Below the pieces are notes generated by a model. That model was given only the letters and a program-made list of their open reading frames with translations, was not told the origin of the DNA and ran no database searches. Source: a virus. From it: a stretch of DNA of 64,000 nucleotides. The stretch lies in the IMG/VR virus record IMGVR_UViG_3300009179_000175, positions 42,759-106,758 of that record; one strand, given 5' to 3'. Positions 8,913 to 17,521 of this stretch are shown one piece after another (within the stretch, counting starts at the first letter, position 1; every line of letters begins with the position of its first letter). Position numbers and translations under genes: made by a program.

Positions 8913-9749
8913 TTACTCCGCCGCGCTCATGCGAAGGAACGCGCGGGCGAGCTTTTCCTTGACGGCGGGGCTCAAGTCGCTATTGTAAACGGTGTAGGTG
9001 TTCATACAGATGGTGGCGACCTTATCGTCGGAGAAGGTACCTGGCTTGGTCACAATCTTATCGAAGGTGTATACGGCATCGCCGTTAGGCAGCTTGTCGT
9101 TCAGATCCCAATCGGTCACCGGAACGAATTGGAGGTTCTTGTTATCGCGAGCCAGAGTGAAAAGCTCGTTCGTGTAAAGAACCTTGGGGTCGGGATTGGT
9201 GACGAAGAGGAACGCATTAGTCTGACCCGAAACAACCTGTGCCAAACCGGATGCCCCACCGACATCATTAGGTGTCGCACTCTTAAACTTCTCCTCGAGA
9301 ATACCCATATAGTCCCAGGTCGCGCGAGAGCCATCGCCCTGAGCGCCGGCGGCAATCGTCACGCCTTTTACTTGCAGGTCGGTATCGGAATTCACCTTAC
9401 CGTCCTTCTTGGCCACGACGAATACGCACTCGCGCCCGAGAGTGCCACCGATCTCGATCTTGGTGCCGGCTTGCGGACTGGTCTTCTTGAAGAACATGAT
9501 AGCATCTGCTTGAGCGATACCTACTTGTGCTTCTCCTTTGGCCACCTTATCCAGGTTATCCAGAGACCCTGAAGAAGACACGAAAGCCCCGTTTAGACCG
9601 ACGCCCTTGACATACTTCACAATCTTCGGACCTTGAACCCCAAAATAAGAGCCACCCTCGCGTCCGGTTGAGATGGTAACATCCTGGGACAACGCATTCG
9701 TGGCCATGAGAGCAGCAGCAACACCGATAACAATCAAAGTCTTTTTCAT
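8913..9749 (-). CDS. TAXI-family TRAP transporter solute receptor
   Basis: Signal peptide MKKTLIVIGVAAALMATNALS; ISTGREGGSY, SSGSLDNL, GIAQAD, GAQGDGS motifs. Confidence 0.8.
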   Translation of the reverse strand: MKKTLIVIGVAAALMATNALSQDVTISTGREGGSYFGVQGPKIVKYVKGVGLNGAFVSSSGSLDNLDKVAKGEAQVGIAQADAIMFFKKTSPQAGTKIEIGGTLGRECVFVVAKKDGKVNSDTDLQVKGVTIAAGAQGDGSRATWDYMGILEEKFKSATPNDVGGASGLAQVVSGQTNAFLFVTNPDPKVLYTNELFTLARDNKNLQFVPVTDWDLNDKLPNGDAVYTFDKIVTKPGTFSDDKVATICMNTYTVYNSDLSPAVKEKLARAFLRMSAAE

Positions 9750-9756
9750 AAACACC

Positions 9757-10104
9757 TCACTTTTCATTTGATTTGAACACGACAGACAGATTTTCGGTAC
9801 GATAGACTCGAAACACATCTATACCATGAGGCTCCTTTAGCTGAAGGTACTCTATCTGAATGACGCTCTGGTCATAATAGTGCTTCTTGACTATCCTACC
9901 GAATCCGACCACATTAGCCGTCACCATCTCATAATGACCCGGGATCACGGTGACCCTGCAGGTCCCTCGTTCCCAACGGTGTTCGGCTTTCACTTTACGA
10001 CGATACGACACCTTGTCGCCCATCAGGATCTCGACACCGTTCTTGTCTAAAAACCCGGTAGACTTATCCGATTCAACTTCTTTCCACTGGCTCATTCGCA
10101 TCAC
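9757..10104 (-). CDS. YopX-like protein
   Basis: STGFLDKNGVEILMGDKV motif. Confidence 0.55.
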   Translation of the reverse strand: MMRMSQWKEVESDKSTGFLDKNGVEILMGDKVSYRRKVKAEHRWERGTCRVTVIPGHYEMVTANVVGFGRIVKKHYYDQSVIQIEYLQLKEPHGIDVFRVYRTENLSVVFKSNEK

Positions 10105-10548
10105 TCCTCTGGAGTAGAAGAATCAATTGACGCAACAATCCTCTCGATTCTTTCATTGCGCCAATTGCACACTTGGCAAAACCATTCGCCCCCCGACTTA
10201 TGCCGATAGAAGAAACGATGACTTTTGCAACTATCGCAGAAGCCGGTTTGAATATCGTATTCAGTATCTTTCTTGATCGAAGCCGCAGTCATGATGCCTC
10301 CTCAATTTTAACCACGTTGTCGATACGATCTACCATCACGATTCGACCACCTTCTTTTTGGGCTTTAATCTGGTAATAATGCTCGCCGGGTCGGTAATCG
10401 TGTTCTGTCTGTACGATCTCCAAGATTCTGGAAGTCGTCATCCATACGTTGCTCCCGCTTCTTCTAGGGTAAGCAATCATATCTCCGAGGTTTCAATTCT
10501 TTTCCCACTATGTCTTTTAGCATGTCATTCTCCTATGAGGAGGAAGTT

Positions 10549-10626
10549 TGGTACCGCGGGTGGGACTCGAACCCACACTGTTCAGCTTCTAAGGCTGTTG
10601 CCTCCTACCAATTGCGCTACCGCGGC
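10549..10626 (-). tRNA. tRNA-Leu(TAG), short variable loop
   Basis: Cloverleaf, loop CT-TAG-AA, 5-nt variable region, encoded CCA. Confidence 0.9.
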
Positions 10627-10734
10627 TCTTAATTGATCTGTTCCCGGTAGCCAGGGCGCGTCGGGCTAACGACGACCCCAGCGGAGTTTCGATCTCCTCG
10701 CTCGCCACCCGGGCTAGTTTAACGAGACAGAATT

Positions 10735-10825
10735 TGGCGGAGAGTAGTCGCATCGAACGACTGACCCTTATCAGGGGTCACTTCACCTTTCCAAGATGAT
10801 TGGGGAGCCGACCCCAGTACCCTCC
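10735..10825 (-). tRNA. tRNA-Ser(GGA), 8/4 acceptor/T-stem
   Basis: GGAGGGTA/TACTCTCC 8 bp, T-stem GTCG/CGAC 4 bp, long variable arm, loop TT-GGA-AA. Confidence 0.85.
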
Positions 10826-10838
10826 ATAACTTGTAATC

Positions 10839-10924
10839 TGGCGGAAAGCAGAGGTCTCGATCCCCAAGCGTTTCCGCTCCCATCGCTTTCGAAGCGAGTC
10901 CCAGACCTTCTGGGTTTACTTTCC
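10839..10924 (-). tRNA. tRNA-Ser(CGA), 8/4 acceptor/T-stem
   Basis: GGAAAGTA/TGCTTTCC 8 bp, T-stem GGGG/CCTC, T-loop ATCGAGA, loop TT-CGA-AA. Confidence 0.85.
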
Positions 10925-11734
10925 TTTGTTCTTGCTCATGAAACGGTCGATACAGAAACTGATTTCAGCAGGTCCCAAGCAAGGAATGTAAGACACTTCC
11001 TGGCTAAAGCAGGTGAAGTCTGCTTTCTGAAACGCCTCCTTGACCTCGGGATCGATCATCTTGATGAACGCTGTCGTTCTCGGATTGTAATCGCCCTCCG
11101 GTAAGACTCGACCGGCACCACCGCCATGCGTTCTAAAAGCGAAGTCATACGGTTCAGTCTTTCGAACGAAAGCGAAATGACGGCTTCGATATGACTGTAA
11201 TCGATCCCTCGGATTAGACGCATCTCTCTTCCAGATTTGAAATTCCGTTCTTAGAAGACCGCCTTCATGAGGCGCACCGTATTCGTCGGTAAACGAGATA
11301 CTCGGGCAATCCATCTTATGGATGAGATGGAAGTTTTGATTCAACTTATCCTGAATCGAAATCTTGTTGAATGATCTCGGAACGATGAAGCCGATGTATC
11401 GCCCGAACTTAGCACATTGATTGAAGATCTTAATTGCAATGGAGCAGGCTCTACCGAAAGGCGGATTGCCGATGAAGACATTATCGAAACTATCGAAAGA
11501 CGTCTTCAGAAAATCTTGCCTTCGAACGTCCGGATGCTTGGGGTCTATGTCGAAAGCCATAAAATCATGGATCCCATGTTTCCTCAGAACTTCGACGAAT
11601 ACCCCGGTGCCGGCAGTCGGTTCGATCCACTGGTGATCCGCACCTATCTTATCTACCATGAAGGAGAAGCATGATTCCGCGAGATCCGGTAGAGTGTAAT
11701 ACTGTTCCAAAGAATTAGAGCGAAAATTTGGCAC
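10916..11734 (-). CDS. amino-type DNA methyltransferase (N6A/N4C)
   Basis: QYYT, IEPTAGTG (motif I), AFDIDP, FIGNPPFG (motif IV). Confidence 0.85.
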   Translation of the reverse strand: MPNFRSNSLEQYYTLPDLAESCFSFMVDKIGADHQWIEPTAGTGVFVEVLRKHGIHDFMAFDIDPKHPDVRRQDFLKTSFDSFDNVFIGNPPFGRACSIAIKIFNQCAKFGRYIGFIVPRSFNKISIQDKLNQNFHLIHKMDCPSISFTDEYGAPHEGGLLRTEFQIWKRDASNPRDRLQSYRSRHFAFVRKTEPYDFAFRTHGGGAGRVLPEGDYNPRTTAFIKMIDPEVKEAFQKADFTCFSQEVSYIPCLGPAEISFCIDRFMSKNKGK

Positions 11735-12248
11735 CTACGAAGTCTCCTTCCGCTATACATTCAAAATTCTTGTTTTTATCCATTTTAGCAAAGGATGCAC
11801 GCAAACAATAGTCGTTATTCTTGCTCAAAGAAGCAATGAGCTGGTCGGACCTTTTAGCGAGAAACACCTTCACATGGTTGGGAGTAAAGACGACGATGAC
11901 CAAATACTCCCAAATTTTTTCGAGCTTGATCTGATTAACAAAGAGGCTGCCTTGGTTATAAGTGGAAGTTTTAATTTCGTAGATGAGGGTTGTTTCCTGA
12001 TCAAGCACATCGTCTTCACCGCCTATCACGACAAAGTTCTCTCTACCGAGCTTCTTTCGAAGGACCAAGCAAGCCAGTTGCTCGCCCAACCCGCCGACCA
12101 GAGTCTTATGGCTGATATCGGATTTAAGAAATCCGAATGCCGATCCTACCCACTCCTCGGGAAGTTTTGACAGCTTCTTTTTGACTTCTTGAATCGAGGT
12201 TTCGATCATTTCAGTGGTAATATCAATTTTCTCACTCACGTTTATCAT
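11715..12248 (-). CDS. putative PD-(D/E)xK endonuclease
   Basis: GLGEQLA...EDDVLD...YEIKTS pattern; overlaps the MTase start. Confidence 0.5.
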   Translation of the reverse strand: MINVSEKIDITTEMIETSIQEVKKKLSKLPEEWVGSAFGFLKSDISHKTLVGGLGEQLACLVLRKKLGRENFVVIGGEDDVLDQETTLIYEIKTSTYNQGSLFVNQIKLEKIWEYLVIVVFTPNHVKVFLAKRSDQLIASLSKNNDYCLRASFAKMDKNKNFECIAEGDFVGAKFSL

Positions 12249-12273
12249 CTCCAGTATTTAGTCATCTCAAGGT

Positions 12274-12351
12274 TGGTACCGCGGGTGGGATTCGAACCCA
12301 CACTGTTGGGATTTTAAGTCCCTTGTCTCCTACCAATTGCACTACCGCGGC
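12274..12351 (-). tRNA. tRNA-Leu(TAA), short variable loop
   Basis: Cloverleaf, loop CT-TAA-AA, CCA. Confidence 0.9.
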
Positions 12352-12359
12352 TCCGTTTG

Positions 12360-12848
12360 TTAAATGCGTGATGCGATGTAATCGACAATCAAGTCGTGCA
12401 TCTCCAGGTAGAACTTGGCACCCTCTTCACCGAAGCAGAAAGTGATGCGTTCGAGCTTCTTTGCGAATGTATCGCGATGATACCCCAACGACGGATTTAT
12501 CTTCAAAGTGTGGCGCTCGACTTTGCGGGCATTCACGAAGGCACTTCCACATGCAAACAAGGTTAGCTTACTGATTTCCCTGTCGGGAATCGACTCCATA
12601 GACTTTACTTCAGTTCCGAACAACTTTCTGAAATGGGCTTTGAACTCATCACGAGGACAGAGGCAATTCCAACCATTTTCATCGCCTCCCTCAAAAGTGA
12701 AGATAGAATTTTGGACAGCTTTGGGAATGCGAAATTTTGGCACGCGCTTTGGGCGATACCGCAGCCGACTGTTCTTGGGAATGGCAGCCATTTCGCCGCA
12801 GGGCACTGCGAAGTCACTGGTGTAAACTTTGACGAAGCGTTTGGTCAT
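12360..12848 (-). CDS. hypothetical early protein
   Basis: Start MTKRF downstream of the promoter at 12880-12908. Confidence 0.6.
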   Translation of the reverse strand: MTKRFVKVYTSDFAVPCGEMAAIPKNSRLRYRPKRVPKFRIPKAVQNSIFTFEGGDENGWNCLCPRDEFKAHFRKLFGTEVKSMESIPDREISKLTLFACGSAFVNARKVERHTLKINPSLGYHRDTFAKKLERITFCFGEEGAKFYLEMHDLIVDYIASRI

Positions 12849-12879
12849 TTCGGCAGCTCGGGTTGTTATGGACGAGCAT

Positions 12880-12930
12880 ACTATAACATACCGAAGCTCA
12901 AAAGTCAAGTACCTTCAAAAAAATATTCGG
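12880..12930 (-). promoter_or_regulatory. sigma70 early promoter (divergent cassette copy)
   Basis: TTGACT-N17-TATAGT. Confidence 0.7.
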
Positions 12931-13092
12931 CGCTCAGCGATGCCCGCCGCCGCAATAATAAGAATTCGAACACGAAGTACAGATCCACTGCCTGCTGGCT
13001 CCTTCGGCATAACGGTAGAACCAGCGATACGCATTACAGTAAGCACACCATTTGCGAGCTTCTTCACATGTCATTGCCATAACGATACCTCA

Positions 13093-13290
13093 TTAGTAGT
13101 GATAATAAGGGCGGTAATAATGCGGGCGCCACGGATGGCTCCTATCATATACCGGATCATACCAGCCGCCATACTGATAAGCCGGGTAAGGAGGAAGCGG
13201 AACCACGACGGCTCCGCCATCGGGAGTCGGGACTACCGCGCAGGATGATAAGGATGCGGTGAGAATGAGTGCTGCTATTATGGTTTTCAT
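13093..13290 (-). CDS. Pro/Tyr-rich lipoprotein
   Basis: MKTIIAALILTASLSSC lipobox. Confidence 0.7.
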   Translation of the reverse strand: MKTIIAALILTASLSSCAVVPTPDGGAVVVPLPPYPAYQYGGWYDPVYDRSHPWRPHYYRPYYHY

Positions 13291-13309
13291 TGATTTCGTT
13301 TCCAATAGA

Positions 13310-13396
13310 TGGTGGCGGGGATCGCATCGAACGATTGACTCATACAAGCCACTCCACCTTTCCAGGGTGGTTGAGGAGCCGACCTCAGCTCCCGCC
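13310..13396 (-). tRNA. tRNA-Ser(GGA), second copy, 4-bp T-stem, bulged acceptor
   Basis: D-arm TGAGG-TCGGCT-CCTCA covaries with the first copy; loop CT-GGA-AA. Confidence 0.8.
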
Positions 13397-13402
13397 ATTG
13401 AT

Positions 13403-13480
13403 TGGTGCCGGAGGTGGGATTCGAACCCACACTGTACAGGTTTTGAATCTGTTGCCTCCTGCCGATTGCGCTACTCCGGC
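13403..13480 (-). tRNA. tRNA-Leu(CAA), short variable loop
   Basis: Cloverleaf, loop TT-CAA-AA, CCA. Confidence 0.9.
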
Positions 13481-13809
13481 GATGGTTCGATGAGTCGGGC
13501 GATGTCATCATAAGTGGGTATGATGTCGAGCATTTCTTTGACTCGGTTGAGATTGAAGATTCGACCGCGGTAGAGGTAAACTCTTCGAGAGCGAATAGTC
13601 CACTGCTTGCTTTGGACATAGCGACCGCGCTCGATGACCCACTTCCTTTCTCGACTGAAACTTTCAACAACCGGAATAAACCCGTGCGTTCCACGATAGA
13701 ACCCATAATCTATAAAAGTGGTTCTACCGCTCGTGCCCAGGTACATCACCTTTTCACCGACACCGATGCCCCTGTAAGGGATTTCGTCGAGTTGAATGCG
13801 TTTTGTCAT
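13471..13809 (-). CDS. hypothetical protein
   Basis: Start MTKRIQ; stop overlaps the tRNA-Leu 5' end. Confidence 0.55.
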   Translation of the reverse strand: MTKRIQLDEIPYRGIGVGEKVMYLGTSGRTTFIDYGFYRGTHGFIPVVESFSRERKWVIERGRYVQSKQWTIRSRRVYLYRGRIFNLNRVKEMLDIIPTYDDIARLIEPSPE

Positions 13810-13839
13810 AATCACCTCATCATGAACTGGTTGAAATGG

Positions 13840-13915
13840 TGGAGGGAGGCGTTGGAATCGAACCAACATCTTCTCGGTCACAGCGAGACTCTCTAAACCA
13901 TTGAGATAGCCACCC
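13840..13915 (-). tRNA. tRNA-His(GTG)
   Basis: Loop CT-GTG-AC; cloverleaf; no encoded G-1, T73. Confidence 0.85.
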
Positions 13916-13923
13916 ATTATAAT

Positions 13924-14011
13924 TGGTGCCGAAGGAGGGACTCGAACCCTCACGAGCTTTCGCCCACCAACCCCTCAAGCTGGCGCATCTACCAAATTTC
14001 GCCACTTCGGC
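13924..14011 (-). tRNA. tRNA-Leu(GAG), long variable arm
   Basis: Canonical class II cloverleaf, CCA. Confidence 0.95.
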
Positions 14012-14208
14012 TTAATTCTATTCCTTGTAATACCCGTCGAACCAATCGCCATGCTCTCTGGTTCGACGCCTATTCGCCGGTTTCCTACAGGTATCCGAGT
14101 TAGTCTCGGGGTCGCTGCAATGAGCTTGCACTTCTTCCAAAGACATGCCGCGGTATATCGTATACTTACGGCCATTGGCAAACAGGCGAACGATTTTGTA
14201 TGACATAG

Positions 14209-14637
14209 TCAAACTCCGAACCACTCCTTCACCTGTTTCCAATCGCCCAGGAAGAGCGGGGTCTCGAAGTCGTTCTCGCGTCCCCAGACCTCGGCTTCGC
14301 CTTTCGTAGCCTCATGGCCCGAGCGAGGTACGATAGTGAAGACCACATCACCCGACTCCATGTCGCAGATTCGGAAATCGTCGTACAGCGAACCGCAGAG
14401 AGGGCAGTTGTTCTTGAAGAAGACATACATGGTGTCGACATTAACCTTGGGGCTCTTTGCAATGCGCTTCACTTTCGGCGCCAGAGCATAGGTTTTACCA
14501 CGCAGCGAAGAGTCGCGACAGAACCAATCGTACCAGCCGGCATCGATTTGCACTCTGACGTTCCTGGAATCGTAAACACCGTTATCGAAATTTTTGATCC
14601 ACTGCGCAAGAGAAATGTTACTCATTTGGGTCTCCAA
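14209..14637 (-). CDS. hypothetical phage protein
   Basis: 142-aa ORF with WYDWFC and FKNNCP...LYDDF motifs. Confidence 0.65.
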   Translation of the reverse strand: METQMSNISLAQWIKNFDNGVYDSRNVRVQIDAGWYDWFCRDSSLRGKTYALAPKVKRIAKSPKVNVDTMYVFFKNNCPLCGSLYDDFRICDMESGDVVFTIVPRSGHEATKGEAEVWGRENDFETPLFLGDWKQVKEWFGV

Positions 14638-14642
14638 TTTAG

Positions 14643-14846
14643 TTAGCCGTTCATTGCTTCGAGTACGTTATTCTGACCGTCTTCGTAAGCCAGGTCAATC
14701 AGGTCTTGAATTTTCAACATCAATTCGGCTTTGGCATTGTTCAGGATAATGCCAACCCGCAACGCATTTTCCGCATTCATGACATCCTCTGCCATGGCGC
14801 CCCAGTCGTTTTCGATTTGCGTCACGATCTCGTCTTTAGTGGTCAT
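14643..14846 (-). CDS. hypothetical early protein
   Basis: Start MTTKD downstream of a promoter cassette. Confidence 0.6.
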   Translation of the reverse strand: MTTKDEIVTQIENDWGAMAEDVMNAENALRVGIILNNAKAELMLKIQDLIDLAYEDGQNNVLEAMNG

Positions 14847-14886
14847 CTCGGGCTCCAGTGCTGTATTTTCCTGACTTGATGTGCAT

Positions 14887-14945
14887 AGTATAACACAACG
14901 ATCCAGAATGTCAAGCCGTTCAGGAAAAATAGTTCCACGAAAATG
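14887..14945 (-). promoter_or_regulatory. sigma70 early promoter cassette
   Basis: TTGACA-N16-TATACT plus shared upstream tract. Confidence 0.8.
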
Positions 14946-14949
14946 CGAC

Positions 14950-15336
14950 TTATGATTCGTCGATAAGGTTGACAAGGGCAGCGTAGCAGGATTTGACATC
15001 TTCCCAGTTGCGGTTACGAGCAGCGGAGATCAGGTTTTCAAAACCTGAATTGAGTACGCGGAGAGCTTCGTCGCGGCGATCCTTACTGTCCCAGTAGGAG
15101 ACCTGCGAGTCGAGATAAAATCGATGCATTCCCGCGGAAAGAGTCGGGGCGCCGTTCGAGTCACGAATCTGGCGCCCATCGACCGGAGAAAAGCGGCAGC
15201 CGTCAGCGATTTCGATGAACGTCTTCATTACCTTGGTAACGGTTACATTTCGAATTCGCCGAGCCCCATGAGTACCGCAGTAGCAGAAAGCAACCACATC
15301 ACCAACTTGAATCATCATCGTATCCTCTTCAATCAA
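14950..15336 (-). CDS. hypothetical protein
   Basis: 128-aa ORF. Confidence 0.6.
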   Translation of the reverse strand: MIEEDTMMIQVGDVVAFCYCGTHGARRIRNVTVTKVMKTFIEIADGCRFSPVDGRQIRDSNGAPTLSAGMHRFYLDSQVSYWDSKDRRDEALRVLNSGFENLISAARNRNWEDVKSCYAALVNLIDES

Positions 15337-15593
15337 GATTTGCTGTAGATGTTGTGGCTACGGATGTGCCACTTCACGATTAAGGCTTTACCGAATTCGT
15401 CCTCGTCGACGGCGACATACGCTACGGTTTTCTTCACCTGCGCATAACGCTTTTCACCATACGCTACGGCGATCTCTTGCGTCAGACCCTGTTCCAAGGC
15501 CCACTCATCTTGGGTGGGGCGGTACTCGAACCAGTGTCCGTGCTCTTTTTCTTGGAAAGCCCCTGTGGCGCCCGGTGCATTAAAGTATCCCAT
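15333..15593 (-). CDS. hypothetical protein
   Basis: 86-aa ORF, stop overlaps the next start. Confidence 0.6.
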   Translation of the reverse strand: MGYFNAPGATGAFQEKEHGHWFEYRPTQDEWALEQGLTQEIAVAYGEKRYAQVKKTVAYVAVDEDEFGKALIVKWHIRSHNIYSKS

Positions 15594-15610
15594 TTCCGCT
15601 TGCTCCCCGT

Positions 15611-15772
15611 TTAGTAGTTACGGACAACCCACTTCAGGATTTTGACGCCCTTGGGCAGCCAAGTTTTCATCGACCGCTTCGCCAACTTCAGAGCCTCATC
15701 CTTGTCATGCGCATCAACCATTTCAGCATAGGTGCCGTTGTTGGTGTAGCCGATCACTTCGTACTTGGTCAT
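15611..15772 (-). CDS. small early protein
   Basis: Start MTKYEV with GGAG RBS after a promoter cassette. Confidence 0.6.
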   Translation of the reverse strand: MTKYEVIGYTNNGTYAEMVDAHDKDEALKLAKRSMKTWLPKGVKILKWVVRNY

Positions 15773-15810
15773 CTTGGGTCTCCAGTTGGTTTGCCTTACT
15801 TCTTGTGCGT

Positions 15811-15875
15811 AGTATAGCACCCCGGGAGCCAAAAGTCAAGCCGTTCAGAAAAAATATTTTCGCGAAGATGTTACA
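15811..15875 (-). promoter_or_regulatory. sigma70 early promoter cassette
   Basis: TTGACT-N17-TATACT; about 60 nt identical to the copy at 39245. Confidence 0.85.
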
Positions 15876-16200
15876 ATTTAGCGCGTAGCAGATTTTCTAC
15901 AGATGCCCAGGTATCCTCGCCGTAGTGCATGATCGTGAAATTTTTCAGATACGGTTGCGAGAGAACTTTCTTGGCGAACTCCTTAACGGAGTCGGCATTG
16001 ACTTTCATCGAGAACCCGGGAGTCTTGCTTTGGATGGGTTTGCCGTTCACCCAATCATCGATGTATTGAACAAAGTCTTTCGGTTTCATCTTGGCGTGAA
16101 CTTCCAGCTCGAGATCGACCACCTTATCTCCGAGCATGATATGAGGCATCTCGAGGATGAGGGATTCGTTGATAAACTCGTTAAAATTTCTGATTCTCAT
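15871..16200 (-). CDS. putative internal head protein (MRIRNFNEFINE)
   Basis: CTS-like N-terminus. Confidence 0.55.
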   Translation of the reverse strand: MRIRNFNEFINESLILEMPHIMLGDKVVDLELEVHAKMKPKDFVQYIDDWVNGKPIQSKTPGFSMKVNADSVKEFAKKVLSQPYLKNFTIMHYGEDTWASVENLLRAKL

Positions 16201-16203
16201 TTC

Positions 16204-16602
16204 CTAATACTCTATCTTCTGATTGGTGGTTTTAAAATCTTTCTTACGCATGATCGTCTTAAACCTGACGATGAACTCGTCGTTATCATCTATCTCGACC
16301 ACGAACGGGAGATTCAAATCTTTCTGAAGATCTACTAACACCGCCTGGTCTTGATCGCCGGTACTCTTAATCTTCTTCGCTTTATCCTTCTCGATCTTCT
16401 TGAAGAGTTGCTGCAGCTCGGATATCTTGATACAGGGCGCGTTTCTGGAGTCGCCCATTCGGTCTCCGAAGTGTTTGGTGAATTCGATATCGATCCCGAA
16501 CTTATCGAGCAGTTTATCCGCGAACTTTTCGAGTTCTTTGATTTGATCGGGCGAATAGATCGCGCATTCGTCTTCTAACAGAAATTCTTCGAATGTCAGC
16601 AT
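16204..16602 (-). CDS. conserved T4-like phage protein, CTS-like start MLTFEEFLLE
   Basis: AGGAAG RBS before ATG 16602; FADKL...GIDIEFTKHF.DR...DLNLPFV motif; in frame with an upstream Zn-finger segment to 16785. Confidence 0.6.
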   Translation of the reverse strand: MLTFEEFLLEDECAIYSPDQIKELEKFADKLLDKFGIDIEFTKHFGDRMGDSRNAPCIKISELQQLFKKIEKDKAKKIKSTGDQDQAVLVDLQKDLNLPFVVEIDDNDEFIVRFKTIMRKKDFKTTNQKIEY

Positions 16603-16781
16603 GATTGTGCTTCCTGGTTGTGGATAAACGGGCGGGTTTATGTTGGCGTGGTATGTGGCGCACTTGGGGCAGAGTTCGTAAACCTTATCGGTCTCTCCTT
16701 TCAAGAAAGCGGCGAAGGAACCCGCGTGCACCGACCCCATGCACTCGAAGATTTCCGTCGAGCACTGATGGCAGAATCGTT

Positions 16782-17075
16782 TCATTTTCCCAAGGCAGCT
16801 TTATGAGCTTGATACATCTTGGTGTGATAGTCGATAGCAGCTTTCTTTACATGATCGGAATGATCTTTGCTCTTCTTGAATTCGTTAAACTTGGTCGAGT
16901 GGTGCTGCATGGCTGCCAAGTGTTCTTCCGATCCCAACTTATTAAACGCCTTCCCCTTTGCCGGCCCTGTCTTATCGGCTACAGGAATCTCCTCTTTCTT
17001 CTCTTCTTCGGTCATCTGGGACCAATGTTCGTTGAGTTCTTCTTTCGTTTGAAAATATTCATCAAATGTTTGCAT
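16782..17075 (-). CDS. putative internal head protein (MQTFDEYF...LNE)
   Basis: CTS-like N-terminus; AATAAATA upstream. Confidence 0.55.
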   Translation of the reverse strand: MQTFDEYFQTKEELNEHWSQMTEEEKKEEIPVADKTGPAKGKAFNKLGSEEHLAAMQHHSTKFNEFKKSKDHSDHVKKAAIDYHTKMYQAHKAALGK

Positions 17076-17114
17076 AGGTGCTCCTCCTTTTTCTCTTATT
17101 TATTAGATGAAAAA

Positions 17115-17150
17115 GGGTTATGAGCCCTCAACCAGGATTCTCATAACCCT
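17115..17150 (-). terminator. intrinsic terminator-like hairpin
   Basis: GGGTTATGAG/CTCATAACCC 10-bp stem followed by a T-tract on the minus strand; ends approximate. Confidence 0.65.
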
Positions 17151-17179
17151 CTCGCGAATACCTTTCGCAACCGTTCTTT

Positions 17180-17359
17180 CACCAACTAATGATCTTCAGA
17201 ATAACGATAAAGGAAATCCTACCACTGGATCAATCGTCCCCGAGAATCACTCCCTCTCCCTCGAATGAGTCCGGGTGGACGATGAGGGATTCGAACCCTC
17301 GTGTTCCTAGTGTATTGTCACTAAAGGTTATCAAACGGTCTTTTCGGATAAGTTTGGTG
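17180..17359 (-). ncRNA. circularly permuted tRNA-like RNA, unit 2
   Basis: Order AGGA - T-arm GAGGG-TTCGAAT-CCCTC - ATCGTCC - linker - GGACGAT - D-arm ATCC-AGTGGTA-GGAT - TCCT; closing CACCAAAC/GTTGGTG. Confidence 0.8.
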
Positions 17360-17512
17360 GGAGAATACGACAACCTTGACTACGATAACTCCTGCGCGTT
17401 TACCAGTTTCGCCACCGGATCACAGATGGTTCTTTCTGAAAATCATCTGTGATCCAGGAAGGATTCGAACCTTCAGTAACAGGTTTTAGACATAACGATA
17501 ACGATGTCCCAC
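17357..17512 (-). ncRNA. circularly permuted tRNA-like RNA, unit 1
   Basis: CCTG - T-arm GAAGG-TTCGAAT-CCTTC - CTGGATC-ACAGATG - loop - CATCTGT-GATCCGG - D-arm GCG-AAACTGGTAAA-CGC - CAGG; closing GTGGGA/TCCCAC. Confidence 0.8.
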
Positions 17513-17521
17513 AATCTGTTT

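Noticed and set aside
16204-16785. Genuine Zn-finger plus internal-protein fusion
   Set aside because: An RBS and CTS-like start lie at 16602 and a TGA overlaps it in the +1 frame; two genes merged by a further indel is as plausible.
17180-17512. Two-piece (permuted) tmRNA
   Set aside because: No tag reading frame or CCA at the acceptor end, the units are too short, and a normal tmRNA exists at 5204-5564.
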